47,887 nt of DNA from Candidatus Adlerbacteria bacterium (lineage in GTDB: Bacteria > Patescibacteriota > Minisyncoccia > Phycocordibacterales > SBAW01). The DNA is taken from NCBI GenBank assembly GCA_903824155.1, contig CAIJVL010000035.1, positions 1 to 47,887 on the forward strand, written 5' to 3'. This document shows, one piece after another, positions 46,082-47,887 of the stretch; position 1 is the first letter of the stretch; each line of letters opens with the position of its first letter. Under the pieces are notes generated by a model. It searched no databases and was not told the DNA's origin. It worked only from the letters and a program-made list of their open reading frames with translations. The position numbers were made by a program, and so were the translations under genes.

Positions 46082-46348
46082 ATGCATTCAAAAAAGTATT
46101 TGGCGCGGCAAAAGCGCCGCATCGAGGAGCGTATAAAGCGCTGTGAAAATGTCGTTAGAGGCCGTCGGCTAGACGCATCCTTAAAAGCTGAAAAAGTGCT
46201 GCCCTCTCAGAGGATGGCGCTCTCGCTTTTAAAAAGCGGCAAATACGGCATCTGCATTGCTTGCGGAGAATCTATTTCTCCCGAGCGGCTCGAGTTTGTG
46301 CCCGCTGCGCTGCGCTGCGTGCCTTGCCAGACAGATGCAGAAAAATAA
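46082..46348 (+). CDS. TraR/DksA C4 zinc-finger protein
   Basis: YGICIACGESISPERLEFVPAALRCVPCQ. Confidence 0.85.
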   Translation: MHSKKYLARQKRRIEERIKRCENVVRGRRLDASLKAEKVLPSQRMALSLLKSGKYGICIACGESISPERLEFVPAALRCVPCQTDAEK

Positions 46349-46384
46349 TACGCCGCCGCACCAAAAGTGCGGCGGTTCTTTCTT

Positions 46385-47110
46385 TTATTGCTTACTAAGA
46401 TTGTCCGTAAACAAATAGCCTCGATGTATAAATTGCGGGGTCGGTAGTTTGGGCTCTTTACCGCTTGCCTTTGCTGCCGCAAATTGTTCGAGCTGCTGTT
46501 TGTACGAGTCGAACCGGTCATATTCACTATCCGACATCTCTTCTTCACTAAAGGCTATGGAAGGAATGCGGACCGTTACAAAAACAATGTCTTTGGGACC
46601 AATTTCTCCTTTAACCGACCGTACATGTGTCCGGTCGAGTCCCGCAAACCTTTGTTCGGCATCATCCATTGCCTCAACATCGTGCAGTGCTTCTTGCTTA
46701 ACACCTACAACAGTCACGATTCCATTTACTTGTCCGTACCCTTCAAGGTATGCGTTGTTTAACCCGCTTACCCCCTGCTCTCCGCTCCATACCACTGCGT
46801 TTGAATACCTCTCACCTTCAGGAAAATCAATACTGTAAGACTCGTCGTTATTAAGTGCATCAATAATTCTTTCTGGATCTTCGCGGCGGACGATCAAAGG
46901 CTCGCCGCGCAGCGCGTCATACATTTTATTGATGTCAGTGTACTCGGTGGCATGAGTGCGAAAAAAATTGAGAGTTTCCTGACCTGTCTTTTCTATCAGC
47001 TCTTTTTTCTCTTGCTTGGGAAGTTCGTTAAGTTCCTTCGTTGTAAGTAGATTCTGAGTGAGCGGCTTTTTTTCTTGCTTTTGTGGTTGCCGAGGTGCTC
47101 CTTCTTGCAT
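46385..47110 (-). CDS. Hypothetical protein
   Basis: 241-aa ORF; TATACT-N6-ATG; convergent hairpin at ~46352-46376. Confidence 0.7.
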   Translation of the reverse strand: MQEGAPRQPQKQEKKPLTQNLLTTKELNELPKQEKKELIEKTGQETLNFFRTHATEYTDINKMYDALRGEPLIVRREDPERIIDALNNDESYSIDFPEGERYSNAVVWSGEQGVSGLNNAYLEGYGQVNGIVTVVGVKQEALHDVEAMDDAEQRFAGLDRTHVRSVKGEIGPKDIVFVTVRIPSIAFSEEEMSDSEYDRFDSYKQQLEQFAAAKASGKEPKLPTPQFIHRGYLFTDNLSKQ

Positions 47111-47180
47111 TTCGTAAGTATACTTCCTCTCACCAAAGGCTCACGCTTGAAATTACTCAAAAAAGTTGTAAAATGCTTGC

Positions 47181-47846
47181 ATGCCTACAAACAACAATAC
47201 CAACCAAAACAATTCAAACCTTACCAATAACGACATCCGTGCCCAGCTCGTGCCTATGGTTATAGAAAAATCGCCTTTTGGCGAGCGCGCCTTCGACATT
47301 TACTCACGCCTCTTAAAAGAGCGCATTATCTTCTTGACCGGCCCTATCGAGGACCACACGGCCAACCTGGTCATCGCGCAGCTCCTCTTTTTGGAGTCTG
47401 AGGACCCTAAAAAGGACATCCAGATATACATCAACTCCCCCGGCGGCTCGGTGAGTGCCGGTTTGGCGATGCTCGATACGATGAACCACATCAAGCCCGA
47501 CGTTTCGACCGTATGCGTGGGGCTAGCAGCGTCCGCCGCGGCGATTATCATGGCGGCAGGACAAAAGGGCAAGCGCTTTGCCTTACCTAACGCCGAGGTG
47601 ATGATCCACCAGCCGTGGGGCGGCGCACAGGGCCAGGCAACTGACATTGAAATTACCGCCAAGCACATCATTGCCACCCGTGACAGGCTTAACAAAATAT
47701 TGGCAAAGGCAACCGGCCAGAGCTTGGCCAAGATCGAAAAGGACGTCGAGCGCGACTACTTTATGTCGGCCGAGGAGGCCAAAAAGTACGGCCTCGTAGA
47801 CGAGGTCCTGACCCAAAAAGGCGTCACCACTACCCTTAAAAAGTAA
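47181..47846 (+). CDS. clpP: ATP-dependent Clp protease proteolytic subunit
   Basis: [29 protein letters not shown]. Confidence 0.98.
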   Translation: MPTNNNTNQNNSNLTNNDIRAQLVPMVIEKSPFGERAFDIYSRLLKERIIFLTGPIEDHTANLVIAQLLFLESEDPKKDIQIYINSPGGSVSAGLAMLDTMNHIKPDVSTVCVGLAASAAAIIMAAGQKGKRFALPNAEVMIHQPWGGAQGQATDIEITAKHIIATRDRLNKILAKATGQSLAKIEKDVERDYFMSAEEAKKYGLVDEVLTQKGVTTTLKK

Positions 47847-47887
47847 TAAGCTGGAAAATGTTTTCCACCTAACCAGGACGGCTTATC

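Noticed and set aside
1..47887. Alternative genetic code (UGA=Gly, as in Gracilibacteria/SR1)
   Set aside because: Core genes are full length under code 11 and recJ ends at TGA at its expected C-terminus.

Overview
Core chromosomal region of a CPR/Patescibacteria bacterium, probably Parcubacteria. This is inferred from the absence of rpmD/L30 between rpsE and rplO, a trigger factor lacking its FKBP domain, RNase HI with a C-terminal hybrid-binding domain, and TGA used as a stop. The window holds rpmI(3')-rplT, the str-S10-spc ribosomal superoperon on the minus strand (rpsL through secY-adk-map-ndk), and housekeeping genes (rpmB, sod, comEC, dgkA, rnhA, recJ, HIT, pgk, tpiA, a PilB-like ATPase, nusA, ppa, tig, clpP). 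The superoperon is interrupted at five or more junctions by clusters of small orphan genes built as self-contained units (promoter, Shine-Dalgarno, ORF, hairpin terminator). Several clusters are bounded by duplicated copies of the upstream ribosomal gene's terminator or 3' end. These include four divergent paralogues between rplB and rpsS, each ending in a copy of the same hairpin, and an orphan membrane gene ending in the last 8 codons of rpsG. No integrase or transposase is visible in the window. Other observations: an unannotated ~130-nt 6S-RNA-like gene, SD-led accessory genes versus apparently leaderless housekeeping genes, in-frame palindromic insertions in recJ and comEC, and an Alphaproteobacteria-like glmM. 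All calls are by eye; no searches were run.
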